The notes beneath the pieces were generated by a model. The model worked only from the letters and a program-made list of their open reading frames with translations. It was not told the origin of the DNA and searched no databases. Shown here piece by piece: positions 30,501 through 38,414 of a stretch of DNA of 64,000 nucleotides. Every line of letters starts with the position of its first letter. The first letter of the stretch is position 1. The position numbers and the translations under genes were made by a program. The stretch is from a virus (lineage: Duplodnaviria > Caudoviricetes): the IMG/VR virus record IMGVR_UViG_3300038299_000353, positions 19,211 to 83,210 of that record; one strand, written 5' to 3'.

Positions 30501-32824
30501 TAACTTCAAACACCGAAGATTTGGAACCTAGTGGGTTTAATTATTTCTCTTTTGAGGACACCGACAACAGCAAGAATCCACCTCAGTTCGGCCCTCGTCA
30601 GTTTAATACGTTCTTCGATAGCTCTGGGCAGGGATTTCGCAGCTTTTTAACAAATTACTCTTCACCGACTGATGCTAGCGGATATCTACTATCTGACGAT
30701 CAAATATATCCAACTGGGTCTACATCTAATAGGATCGCCATCGCTCTTCCAAACACCATTAGCGTTACAAGTGGCTTGAATGTATTTCAAACTGGGTTTA
30801 ATATGACTGGATATGCTGAAAATGTCAGCGTTGAGGGTACTGGAATGTCTGGAGTTGGCGGTACTATTGAAGCAACTGGTGAAAATGCTGGATTTTTATA
30901 TGCCCTTCAAGATAAAAATCTTTTTCCTAATACTTCATACCCCAATGAAATATTCACTCAAACGACTGGAAATTTTAATGGCGAGAAAAGTATAAATAAT
31001 TTTGAGATTCCTACTGGAATTTTTGTAGCTAATGAGGTTGGCTTTTTAAGAAAAAGAGTAGACTCTACCAACGTAAAAATCGACGGTTATACATTTGATT
31101 TTTATGAGCGAATACAGCGACTAAGAATAGGCTCTTATCAAAGTAGTATTGAAGAGATTAGCGGTATCATGAAAGCATATTGTGATAGAATTGGGTATAA
31201 TGTATATTTTGGAACTGGCAAAATAGGATTTACTTCTTATCCCGAATTAACTTACCCAGTCGGAGGTGCATTAGGTCTTGGTCTTGGCAGTAGCTCAAGT
31301 ACTGCTTATGCTCCTTGGAGTAAAGATAAGAAATATGCAGTCAGGCAAAGTGGAGGACTTTATACTTTAGTCGAAGGAGGGCGTGTAGACGGTATGCCAA
31401 CAGGGGGGTATCCTACCCAAGGATCAAATCTTCCATATTCAGGTATAATGTCTGGAAAAGTAGCTGCTGAAATTCCAATTACCTTTGCTACTGGATATTC
31501 GTTTTTCAATTCTGGAGTTAGTGGAAATATTTATAGTACAGCTTTTACTGGCATGGAAAATACTACTTCCAAATACTTTATAAGTTCATTAAGTCAAGGA
31601 GATATTTATATAAATCCCTTTACTTCTAGCGGAATAATACCCTCTACTGGATTTGGAACTGGAATAGACCAAATTACGGTACTTGCTGGACAGAAGTCTG
31701 GCGACTTTGTCCCGACCCTTTTAAATATGTTTCCTTTTTCTGGAACTGGAGTAAGGGCATTATCCAATAGCCCACCATTGGGTGGGGATAATGACCTTTA
31801 TGCGGATAACTATATATTTTCGGGCGTTCGTACTGGAATATCATTTGCTACTGGCGATGACAGTACTGGTTCTTTATATAGTATAGCTTATACGGGAATC
31901 CAAACTGGGCCTGCTAGATGGTATATAGATAATTTAGACTTCAATGGCGATATTGTAGACCTAGATGCTACAGTCACTGGCTATGTGCCAACCATAGCAA
32001 GTGGAACTGGAATAGACCCTATTACGATCCTTGCTGGACAGCAGTCTGGCGAATTCGACCAAGCCATTCTCAATATGCTTCCATTTAGTGGAGTGAATTT
32101 GCAGACATTAACCTATGACCAACCAGTAGGAGGGTTTGAGGATTCTTATGCAGATAATTTTATATATTCGGGAGTTAGAAAGGGAGTCAACTTTGCAACT
32201 GGGATATTAACTGGATCGTTCGATTATACTGGGATATTAAACTTCACTCAAAGAAACTTACAAAAAACGGGAGTCAAGATTGGAATTGGAGTAATATCTG
32301 GAAACATTACTGGAATAGTATATCCAGGAAGCGGAGAGTTTAATTTCTCTGGAATTCAAACTGGACTGCCGCAGTTTATAAATTCAGTAGTACCAACAGG
32401 ACAGGAGGTATTTTTACTATCTTCTGGAAATGTTCCTATAACTCCATTCACTGGAAACTTAAATAGCTCTTTTATTGGAACTGGATTTTATACTGATTTT
32501 GTTAATCCTGCTGACTTAGAATCTTTGAGTTACGGCTTCCCTATTCCAAATTATATAAAGACTTTTACTGGAGAGTATGAAATTCTTACTGGTATTAACA
32601 ATACTGGATTTGCTAAATGCACTGGTTTCTTTAATGTGCCTTCTATTAATCTAACTGGCTATTCAGGTTATGTTACTCTCACTGGAGATGATGACTTAAA
32701 TATCCAGATGGTAAAGAAGAAATACTTTGCTGATTCTGTAGATTTAAATATAATTAAATATAGTGGTATCGGTACTTTAGATACATCATACGATAACACA
32801 GGATCTTTAACTTTTATAGGATAA
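27572..32824 (+). CDS. Large (1750 aa) S/T-G-rich tail fibre/baseplate protein
   Basis: Beta-rich; roughly 140 TG+SG dipeptides by hand count; two internal duplications. Confidence 0.7.
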   Translation: MSFSIGTQSGNFSYQAFVRPQRDDHISFGFSFINTGDGSIEDRIVFSGESGKLYDSDNNFFYSYKNQDTFSVSGNKIGNYNNYFVNNVLINSYHENGTGYINNFTENGVVSELSLMGVEPVISISGIFENSNLTGSLKVSNNSSEGISFNIFSGRFEELSNFFNFNTGQNTGIIEGQSSRDFLINQISNVTTGTGVLIPISFVSDFGTFTKSGLISFTREYEYLLSLLGPDFLDSTGIFNYNVLFSERYGPNLTDDPFGLHFTFGNISGYSGYADYDIKTGKIAGSIPGFDISRNIIGTGNLTGMIESSLGGGYLTLSGYSTGLEINYTGNIPSQIYTGETVFATGEMSYPFLTSSSGIVTGLDIGFIRNVSGGYNFTETGAIAFTGQQSLFPSFTTGIILSGNNTDGDPIVTSKNDSLCFSFDIQSFTATSNQTRNKEYASRFSGFATGAFDGIAYYPGDQAGLDITTTISGFKVSGTPGAFIATGTGVFDLIGTFPMDTKDSQGNFVNNGWTIDLSDRILTGLATGLLPEDPNLTGLVALGTGVTGAGSNQTSNVYYSNIFSGFSSGLFDGQMRIPADQIGLIGTNIISGFKFSGTPGAFIATGTGAFDITGINRIDMKYPIPDYSLYVSTELTGLATGILTEDPNLTGAIFSGIGITGIESVFTTGVLTGSGIITGQASTLASGFTGIDFTYNYIAKGNLVSGMTNEITNEVTGKRYVATDLPMLGNYDYLFRSIRLGLAFSENFTVQAQDISSGYVDFTGQFQYSGTGAYVHPQEITGIGYTGLGLIGSISEPVKDIIFNGESGVTGRSLTNTGALIDDSISLNGNSYGIPVSSVYTRYNPFVFSGNSGILLYSDHTNEKAPILTFSDNDASRGSYIHNPVWLNRRLLSGTFNLDPSPMRVGISPKYFLSGTGVYKSQKSRSYRITIYTGNNFVDMVYKESEVLSLNSSTNFNQYFRSEFISEYDPFNVYFLITSNTEDLEPSGFNYFSFEDTDNSKNPPQFGPRQFNTFFDSSGQGFRSFLTNYSSPTDASGYLLSDDQIYPTGSTSNRIAIALPNTISVTSGLNVFQTGFNMTGYAENVSVEGTGMSGVGGTIEATGENAGFLYALQDKNLFPNTSYPNEIFTQTTGNFNGEKSINNFEIPTGIFVANEVGFLRKRVDSTNVKIDGYTFDFYERIQRLRIGSYQSSIEEISGIMKAYCDRIGYNVYFGTGKIGFTSYPELTYPVGGALGLGLGSSSSTAYAPWSKDKKYAVRQSGGLYTLVEGGRVDGMPTGGYPTQGSNLPYSGIMSGKVAAEIPITFATGYSFFNSGVSGNIYSTAFTGMENTTSKYFISSLSQGDIYINPFTSSGIIPSTGFGTGIDQITVLAGQKSGDFVPTLLNMFPFSGTGVRALSNSPPLGGDNDLYADNYIFSGVRTGISFATGDDSTGSLYSIAYTGIQTGPARWYIDNLDFNGDIVDLDATVTGYVPTIASGTGIDPITILAGQQSGEFDQAILNMLPFSGVNLQTLTYDQPVGGFEDSYADNFIYSGVRKGVNFATGILTGSFDYTGILNFTQRNLQKTGVKIGIGVISGNITGIVYPGSGEFNFSGIQTGLPQFINSVVPTGQEVFLLSSGNVPITPFTGNLNSSFIGTGFYTDFVNPADLESLSYGFPIPNYIKTFTGEYEILTGINNTGFAKCTGFFNVPSINLTGYSGYVTLTGDDDLNIQMVKKKYFADSVDLNIIKYSGIGTLDTSYDNTGSLTFIG
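28900..29530 (+). repeat. Internal tandem duplication, 357-bp (119-aa) offset
   Basis: ISGFK(V/F)SGTPGAFIATGTG and LTGLATG..EDPNLTG occur twice; near-identical DNA at 28981 and 29338. Confidence 0.85.
31654..32202 (+). repeat. Second internal duplication, 348-bp (116-aa) offset
   Basis: GTGID(Q/P)IT(V/I)LAGQ(K/Q)SG...YADN(Y/F)I(F/Y)SGVR occurs twice, at 31654 and 32002. Confidence 0.85.
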
Positions 32825-32826
32825 TT

Positions 32827-33174
32827 ATGGCAATAAATAATACAAGTTTAGCAGCATCGTTTATAGAATACGACGTAGATGGAGAAAACCAAGATGGACA
32901 TTTAAACTACTCGATTTCCCCATTAACATCTAGCGAAAAACCAACTCTTAGTATGGACGACGAGAAGAAGTTTAATACGTTTAGAATTCAAGCAGGTTCG
33001 GACAATGGATCAAAGATGTTTAATATAGACATGAATCTAGAAGATTTAAAAGCTGTTGCAGATGCGGCGGATAAGGATATAGAGATGAAATTTAGAACAT
33101 TGAAAGTATGCAATAATGGGTCAGAGGCTAACATAGTGGTCCTTTGCAGCCAAGCTTTTAGAGTAGACCCCTAG
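32827..33174 (+). CDS. Small tail-associated protein
   Basis: 115-aa ORF between two large structural genes. Confidence 0.6.
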   Translation: MAINNTSLAASFIEYDVDGENQDGHLNYSISPLTSSEKPTLSMDDEKKFNTFRIQAGSDNGSKMFNIDMNLEDLKAVADAADKDIEMKFRTLKVCNNGSEANIVVLCSQAFRVDP

Positions 33175-33182
33175 TATACAAT

Positions 33183-35432
33183 ATGGCTGACGAAGACGTA
33201 TACTTTAGAATTCGTGGAAACCCAATAGTCCTTGGGCAGTCCACTAACTCAGGTGGTGACAAATCTGAGAAAGAGGAAAAGTCTAGAACCGTTCGAGTAA
33301 ATGTTCTTATTGGAGACACTATGTCTTTTACTTTCGATACGCTTGATAGCGTTGCCAATAATGGACTTCAGGGAAATTTTCAATTAGATGCTGGTAGAAG
33401 TGGAATTGAATTTTACGACCAAGAGGAAGATCAAGTAATAAGCAGCTTTAAGCTTCCAAAGGAGCCTACTGAACAAGATGCAGAAGGTAATAGTACTAGG
33501 TATTTTGAAAATAAAACTCTCTTGGTAAGAGCAGTAGAAGGTTTAGATCTTGATGGCGCAGTAACGGTAACGGTTCAATTTAACGGAACTGTAGAAACTC
33601 TTAACTCTGGGTTTGATTTTTATACTCTTGATGAGTGTTGCGATTGCGCTCTTCTTCCGAGTATAGATTCTAGAGGTTGCACCGTTTATTGCGAATGTCC
33701 GAAACCTGCTGAATGTGACGACGACGTAGAATGCGATTGCAATAGTATTTGTGATTCATCTGCCCCTATATGGCAAAATGACGCTTATACAAATGGAGAA
33801 GGGGAGTGTACCCAAGGCTGTGAAGATAATAGCGATTGCTGTACGGATGACGAAAATGATTTTAGGTGTGTAGAAGGAAAATGCGAAATAGCTACCGAAT
33901 GCCCATGCCCACCAGGGCAAAAATGTGTAGATCGAAAGTGTGAGGATGATCCTGATAATCCTAACCCTGACCCTGACCCTGACCCTGACCCTGACCCTGA
34001 TCCTCCTGGTATTGGACAAGTATACATGATGGTTCAAAAGGTAAGGGTAGAGCTTAACAAGGTTAAATATGGTTGGGATCAAATCGGACAGGTTGCAGGT
34101 GAAGTTTTTTATAAGAACTTTACAGATCAGACTATCATGTTTAGGCGATACAGAACCATTGACGTTGATGAGGGTTGTGCAAATTTTGAGGGATATTGGT
34201 ATAGTGAGTACGGAAGGGAGGATGGTGATAGAGGACCCTGTGGAATTAATAATAGTGATCCCGATGGAAACCCAGTAAATGGAGATGGATCATTTGCCAG
34301 GGCATTTGTACAGCTTGAGGGTACTAATTATAGACCTCCAGATGAATTAATATACGACCAGGGTATTTTCGATACTCCTTATAGGAGCGCCCGTTTAAAG
34401 ACTATTATAAGAGGCGCGACTCTCCAGTCTTCATTTGACACTTATAAGGGCTTTCCAAAAAATGGAGTTTTAAAAACAGTAACTTTTAATGAAGATGGGT
34501 CTAGATCGACTGACGTTAAAAGAGGGGAAAATGTAAATTCTGACGCAGGCTCTAGCTTTGCGACAAATGGTTTTGAGGAGAAGATTCAATACTATTTTGT
34601 AAAGGCTATAGAAACTAGTACTTCTAGTTCATCGAGTTTTGTGACAGCAGACGAAAGGGGTGACGATCTTAGTATTAGTCAAACCACTTCCACTGACCAA
34701 ATCACTATATCTGAAAAAGATACTTATGTAGATGGAAGAACTTCAAATGAAAATTTTGTTGGTACTACGCCCTCTCAGACAACTATACCTTGGTCTAGCG
34801 TACCCTATGATACTAGAATTGTAAATGTAGACGGAGTGAGTCCTAATGGAACTATATATCCTATTCAACTTCAACAGAAGATAGTCGTGACTGATGTGTA
34901 TACAACTAGTTTGTATGATGAAGCAACCGACGTATACATAAGTGGTCCTGGCAGCATAGCAACATTCGAGACGCCTGATGCTATATTTGACCAGAACCCA
35001 GATGATGTAGCAGGTTACTGTGAGACTTGGGAAGACTGCAATACAGGTCAGGACTGTAGAAATAATAAGTGCGTTACAACTTTAACGCAACCATGTAATA
35101 ACAATTCCGATTGCCCAGAAGGGCAGAGTTGCGATAGCGGAAAATGTAGGGGATCGCTTGACGTAGACTGTGACGATCCTTCGGACTGCCCTACAGGGAG
35201 CCAATGCATAGATGGAAAATGCAATACGAATAATCCAGATGGTCCAGATGGTCCAGATGGTCCAGACGGTCCACCACCAGTCGAACCTCCTGTTGATCCT
35301 AATGATCCTGACGATCCTCGTAACTGTGACGGACCGTGTCCAAATGGACAGATATGTGTAGATGGTTCCTGTGTGGATGATTGCCCAGAAGCACAGCCAC
35401 CATTACCAAATTCAGTAATAGTAATACAATGA
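33183..35432 (+). CDS. Cysteine-rich modular protein, likely tail-tip/receptor-binding
   Basis: Repeated C-x4-DC-x2-G-x2-C-x4-C modules, PD and PDG linkers, last large gene of the structural operon. Confidence 0.7.
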   Translation: MADEDVYFRIRGNPIVLGQSTNSGGDKSEKEEKSRTVRVNVLIGDTMSFTFDTLDSVANNGLQGNFQLDAGRSGIEFYDQEEDQVISSFKLPKEPTEQDAEGNSTRYFENKTLLVRAVEGLDLDGAVTVTVQFNGTVETLNSGFDFYTLDECCDCALLPSIDSRGCTVYCECPKPAECDDDVECDCNSICDSSAPIWQNDAYTNGEGECTQGCEDNSDCCTDDENDFRCVEGKCEIATECPCPPGQKCVDRKCEDDPDNPNPDPDPDPDPDPDPPGIGQVYMMVQKVRVELNKVKYGWDQIGQVAGEVFYKNFTDQTIMFRRYRTIDVDEGCANFEGYWYSEYGREDGDRGPCGINNSDPDGNPVNGDGSFARAFVQLEGTNYRPPDELIYDQGIFDTPYRSARLKTIIRGATLQSSFDTYKGFPKNGVLKTVTFNEDGSRSTDVKRGENVNSDAGSSFATNGFEEKIQYYFVKAIETSTSSSSSFVTADERGDDLSISQTTSTDQITISEKDTYVDGRTSNENFVGTTPSQTTIPWSSVPYDTRIVNVDGVSPNGTIYPIQLQQKIVVTDVYTTSLYDEATDVYISGPGSIATFETPDAIFDQNPDDVAGYCETWEDCNTGQDCRNNKCVTTLTQPCNNNSDCPEGQSCDSGKCRGSLDVDCDDPSDCPTGSQCIDGKCNTNNPDGPDGPDGPDGPPPVEPPVDPNDPDDPRNCDGPCPNGQICVDGSCVDDCPEAQPPLPNSVIVIQ
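33965..34000 (+). repeat. (CCCTGA)6 microsatellite encoding a Pro-Asp linker
   Basis: Six perfect 6-bp copies. Confidence 0.95.
35235..35270 (+). repeat. (CCAGATGGT)x4 repeat encoding a PDG linker
   Basis: Three perfect copies plus CCAGACGGT. Confidence 0.9.
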
Positions 35433-35791
35433 TTTGCGAAGAAAAAGAAACTATTTGTAATACCTGCCCGTTGAAAGCCAATAAAGTCTGCATCAAGTGG
35501 ACTAAGGTTTGTGTGGGTATGAGGTGTCCAATAAATGCATTTGAGGATAAAAGTGCCATAGGAAGGCTAGTGAACTGGTCGATAAAACCCGTGCAGAAGA
35601 TTGAAGTTGAGAAAGCTCCAGCGAATTTAGAAGATATATTCTTTGGAATAAAAAAAGGAAAACTTCCTGATAAGTACAAAGATTTGAAAATATCATATCT
35701 TAACGATAAAAACAATTTGGGCAAAGGCTGCTCACAGTGCAAGCTTAACGGATTGATAAGCCAATACAAAAAAAAGATAGCAAGTATTTAG
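35429..35791 (+). CDS. Small Cys-rich protein with two CxxC motifs (start revised from 35381)
   Basis: ATGA overlap with upstream stop; CNTC...C...C...CP and GCSQC. Confidence 0.65.
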   Translation: MICEEKETICNTCPLKANKVCIKWTKVCVGMRCPINAFEDKSAIGRLVNWSIKPVQKIEVEKAPANLEDIFFGIKKGKLPDKYKDLKISYLNDKNNLGKGCSQCKLNGLISQYKKKIASI

Positions 35792-35804
35792 CTTGCTATC
35801 TTTT
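35772..35804. terminator. Bidirectional terminator at the convergent strand switch
   Basis: AAAAGATAGCAAG-7 nt-CTTGCTATCTTTT perfect inverted repeat with A and T tracts on either side. Confidence 0.8.
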
Positions 35805-35829
35805 GGTTATTTTTATATTTTTTTTAAAA

Positions 35830-36171
35830 TTATTGCATCAACTTTTTAAGTGTTGCAAATAACAATATTTGCAAGAAGTATATATAGGGCAAGTACATTG
35901 CACTGCCTCCTATAAGGGTGAGTACTACTGATATCCAAAAGCCTATGCAGATGGGACACATTAGTAATGAGGCAATACTGAAATCCGTCTTAAGAATCTT
36001 AAAATCAAACTTCATTGCTATAAACTCATTGATATTTGAGCTATCCAGATCTGTTTTAAATAAAGTATTAATAAAATGGATTTTAAAGTCGCTTAAAAAC
36101 CAAATAGTAAGAACTAAGCATCCTGATATGGATAAGTAGACAATTAGGGGGAAATTACAAATAGTATTCAT
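35830..36171 (-). CDS. Small membrane protein with CPxCxGFW motif (DUF1360-like)
   Basis: Hydrophobic segments plus LLMCPICIGFWIS. Confidence 0.6.
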   Translation of the reverse strand: MNTICNFPLIVYLSISGCLVLTIWFLSDFKIHFINTLFKTDLDSSNINEFIAMKFDFKILKTDFSIASLLMCPICIGFWISVVLTLIGGSAMYLPYIYFLQILLFATLKKLMQ

Positions 36172-36174
36172 ATT

Positions 36175-36876
36175 TTATTGATTTAGTCTTTTAATTTTAG
36201 AAATAAGCTCAGTTGCTTTTACCTTCTTTACGCTTTCCCAATCTCCATACTCAGCCCATTCGTCATATTCGCTTGGCTTAATCCAGGCTTCTTTTGGATG
36301 AGACTTAACTCTGTCCCTAAGAAACTGCTTGAATTCATCGAAGGATGTAATGGACAGCTTCTCCTTGGAGGCCTTTCTCAAGGTGAAGATTGGGCCAGTA
36401 GGAGCGCCAATAGAAAGAGTCGATGTATCATTCTCTTTTGGAATCTCCCCAATTTCATCAGCTCCAAGCATCGAGATGTTGAAATATGCTTTTACGGCTC
36501 TGACAAAAGAACGATTTTCTGCAATAGGACCTAAGTAATATTTTGCAAAAGAATTTGTATTGCAATAGTGAGCATCACCAATTCCGCTAGTAACTTTTCC
36601 ACTTGACCACTTGATCTTACAGCATAGTCCAGTGTAGGATTCATGAGATTGACCAATGGGTTCATAGTCAATTGACTCAAAGCCCTCTTCGTGCAAAATA
36701 TCTTTGAAGAATTGCAGGAGAATGATTTTAAACTTTTCGTCAACAGACTCTAAAACTTCCTTTTCCTTTTTCTTGGAAATTTTTTCGCTGTCTATTTTAC
36801 CATAGCTCTTGGCCATTTGTTTATTCAGAACCAAAAACTCTGGATTATCTTCTAAGTGTTTTTTCCAATCAATCAT
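36175..36876 (-). CDS. Putative single-strand annealing (Rad52/Sak-like) protein
   Basis: GIGDA...IAENRSFVRAVKAYFNISMLGADEI resembles the annealase core; lies in the recombination region. Confidence 0.4.
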   Translation of the reverse strand: MIDWKKHLEDNPEFLVLNKQMAKSYGKIDSEKISKKKEKEVLESVDEKFKIILLQFFKDILHEEGFESIDYEPIGQSHESYTGLCCKIKWSSGKVTSGIGDAHYCNTNSFAKYYLGPIAENRSFVRAVKAYFNISMLGADEIGEIPKENDTSTLSIGAPTGPIFTLRKASKEKLSITSFDEFKQFLRDRVKSHPKEAWIKPSEYDEWAEYGDWESVKKVKATELISKIKRLNQ

Positions 36877-36877
36877 A

Positions 36878-37225
36878 TTAACTTTCTAATAGTTTCTGCA
36901 CTTCTTTTTTGCTAAGGAACCAAAAGTCATAAAAAATGCCAAAAGCCTCTTGGGTTATATCATCATCTTCAATAGATGAATCGAAATTTGATGAGAAAGC
37001 AACAGTTGAGTTGAAAACATCTTCTGGCTCATCCTCGTCTTCATCAAAATCAAATTGAACGCCAACGTCCTCCATTTCAATAATTTTAACTAAACATGGA
37101 AAATCTTCTGGGACATCCTCAGAAAAGAATACTTCTTTGTTATTTATTTGGCAATCTTCTGCCATCATAAGCTTCATATCTTCGAACTCCTCTTTACTTT
37201 TAACTACTGTGCTATTTTTAATCAT
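36878..37225 (-). CDS. Acidic hypothetical protein
   Basis: Asp/Glu-rich ORF with its own TTGACA-type promoter. Confidence 0.65.
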   Translation of the reverse strand: MIKNSTVVKSKEEFEDMKLMMAEDCQINNKEVFFSEDVPEDFPCLVKIIEMEDVGVQFDFDEDEDEPEDVFNSTVAFSSNFDSSIEDDDITQEAFGIFYDFWFLSKKEVQKLLES

Positions 37226-37231
37226 ATTTAT

Positions 37232-37259
37232 ATATTGTTTAGGATTGTTATTTTGTCAA
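37232..37259 (-). promoter_or_regulatory. Sigma70-like promoter TTGACA-N16-CAATAT
   Basis: -10 element ends 6 nt before ATG 37225. Confidence 0.55.
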
Positions 37260-38414
37260 GTTTTTTTTGATGATTCTAAAAAATTGTACTTCTTCCATGA
37301 AATCTTCATCCATCTCTTTAAATTTAACACAATTATCTTCTAGAGATTCAATGCTTTCATCGGCAATCATAGATTGTTTAGATGTAAAGACCTTGCCGTT
37401 ACTTAAAATGAACTTATTCGAAATGTAAAAGCAATCAGAATTAAGACCATCGATGCTAACTGAATCAATCTTCTTTAGGTGGACCTGGCCTATGTCTAAA
37501 AACATGAATCTTATTTTGTCTATATTTTCTACATCATCCGACCATAACTTACAATCTATACCAATATTCAAAAGACTTTTGACGTAATCTTTATTAGCAT
37601 CAAGCGATACTTTGAAGTTGATATTTGAGACATTGTCTCTACAAATTTTGTACAACCTTATTTCGCTTTCTTTAGAAGTGATGATAGAACATTTGACCTT
37701 TTTCAATAAACTAAATAAAACATTATCATTGCATTCATAGTCGCATCTAATTGTTGGCTCAACGTTATTAAGGATATTTGCGTCTACGTCTAAATTCGGG
37801 ACAATTTCTATTATTTGTTGCGGATAAAATTTACCAGTAAAGATAGTTTCTTCGTCGCTACTCTTTTTAATTCTAAGAGCTTCGTAGACTTTATTTACAA
37901 TGTCCTCTACCTTTATCATGTTAATCGTCTTATCAGGCTCATTAGAAGCGAAGGAGGGGTTGTTCCCATTTCTATGCGAAGAGATCAAATGCGTATTTTC
38001 AGATTTAAAATAAGGTCCATGATTCTCTGGAGTAGTTGGGCCATATACGGAGACTACGGGAGTTTCGTGAAGTCCAGACAAATGTACAGCAAAGGAATCA
38101 TTACCCAAATGAAGGCTGCTGTTTCTTAGTATGTAATTGGTTTGATGCAAGCTAGTTTTGCCAATAAGGGATTTCACGAAAGGGATATTTAACCCCTCTG
38201 TTCCTATGTGCAATATTTCATATCCAGCATCATGCAGATCCTTTTTAATGTATTTTAATACATCAATCCAGTAATCATAATTCTTACTACTCATCCCAGA
38301 TGAGGTCTGTATAGTAATATACTTTTTAGGTGTTGGATAGAAGAATTCTAGCGGCTTGCATTTTCTGATTTTAAAGCCAGAATTTAAAGAGTAGGTTTTT
38401 AACAATGAGGGCAT
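37248..38414 (-). CDS. GT9 (heptosyltransferase-like) C-terminal domain plus extension
   Basis: SKNYDYW, LIGKTSLHQT, HLGNDSFAVHLSG...VSVYGPTTP are GT9 donor-binding motifs; the N-terminal domain is missing. Confidence 0.8.
   Translation of the reverse strand: MPSLLKTYSLNSGFKIRKCKPLEFFYPTPKKYITIQTSSGMSSKNYDYWIDVLKYIKKDLHDAGYEILHIGTEGLNIPFVKSLIGKTSLHQTNYILRNSSLHLGNDSFAVHLSGLHETPVVSVYGPTTPENHGPYFKSENTHLISSHRNGNNPSFASNEPDKTINMIKVEDIVNKVYEALRIKKSSDEETIFTGKFYPQQIIEIVPNLDVDANILNNVEPTIRCDYECNDNVLFSLLKKVKCSIITSKESEIRLYKICRDNVSNINFKVSLDANKDYVKSLLNIGIDCKLWSDDVENIDKIRFMFLDIGQVHLKKIDSVSIDGLNSDCFYISNKFILSNGKVFTSKQSMIADESIESLEDNCVKFKEMDEDFMEEVQFFRIIKKNLTK

Noticed and set aside
33756-34082. Antisense ORFs with (RV)n and (GS)n repeats
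   Set aside because: These are shadows of the CCCTGA microsatellite in the plus-strand gene.
35830-36171. Holin call for the small membrane protein
   Set aside because: No endolysin is recognised nearby, it lies on the early/middle strand, and the CPxC motif suggests a different family.
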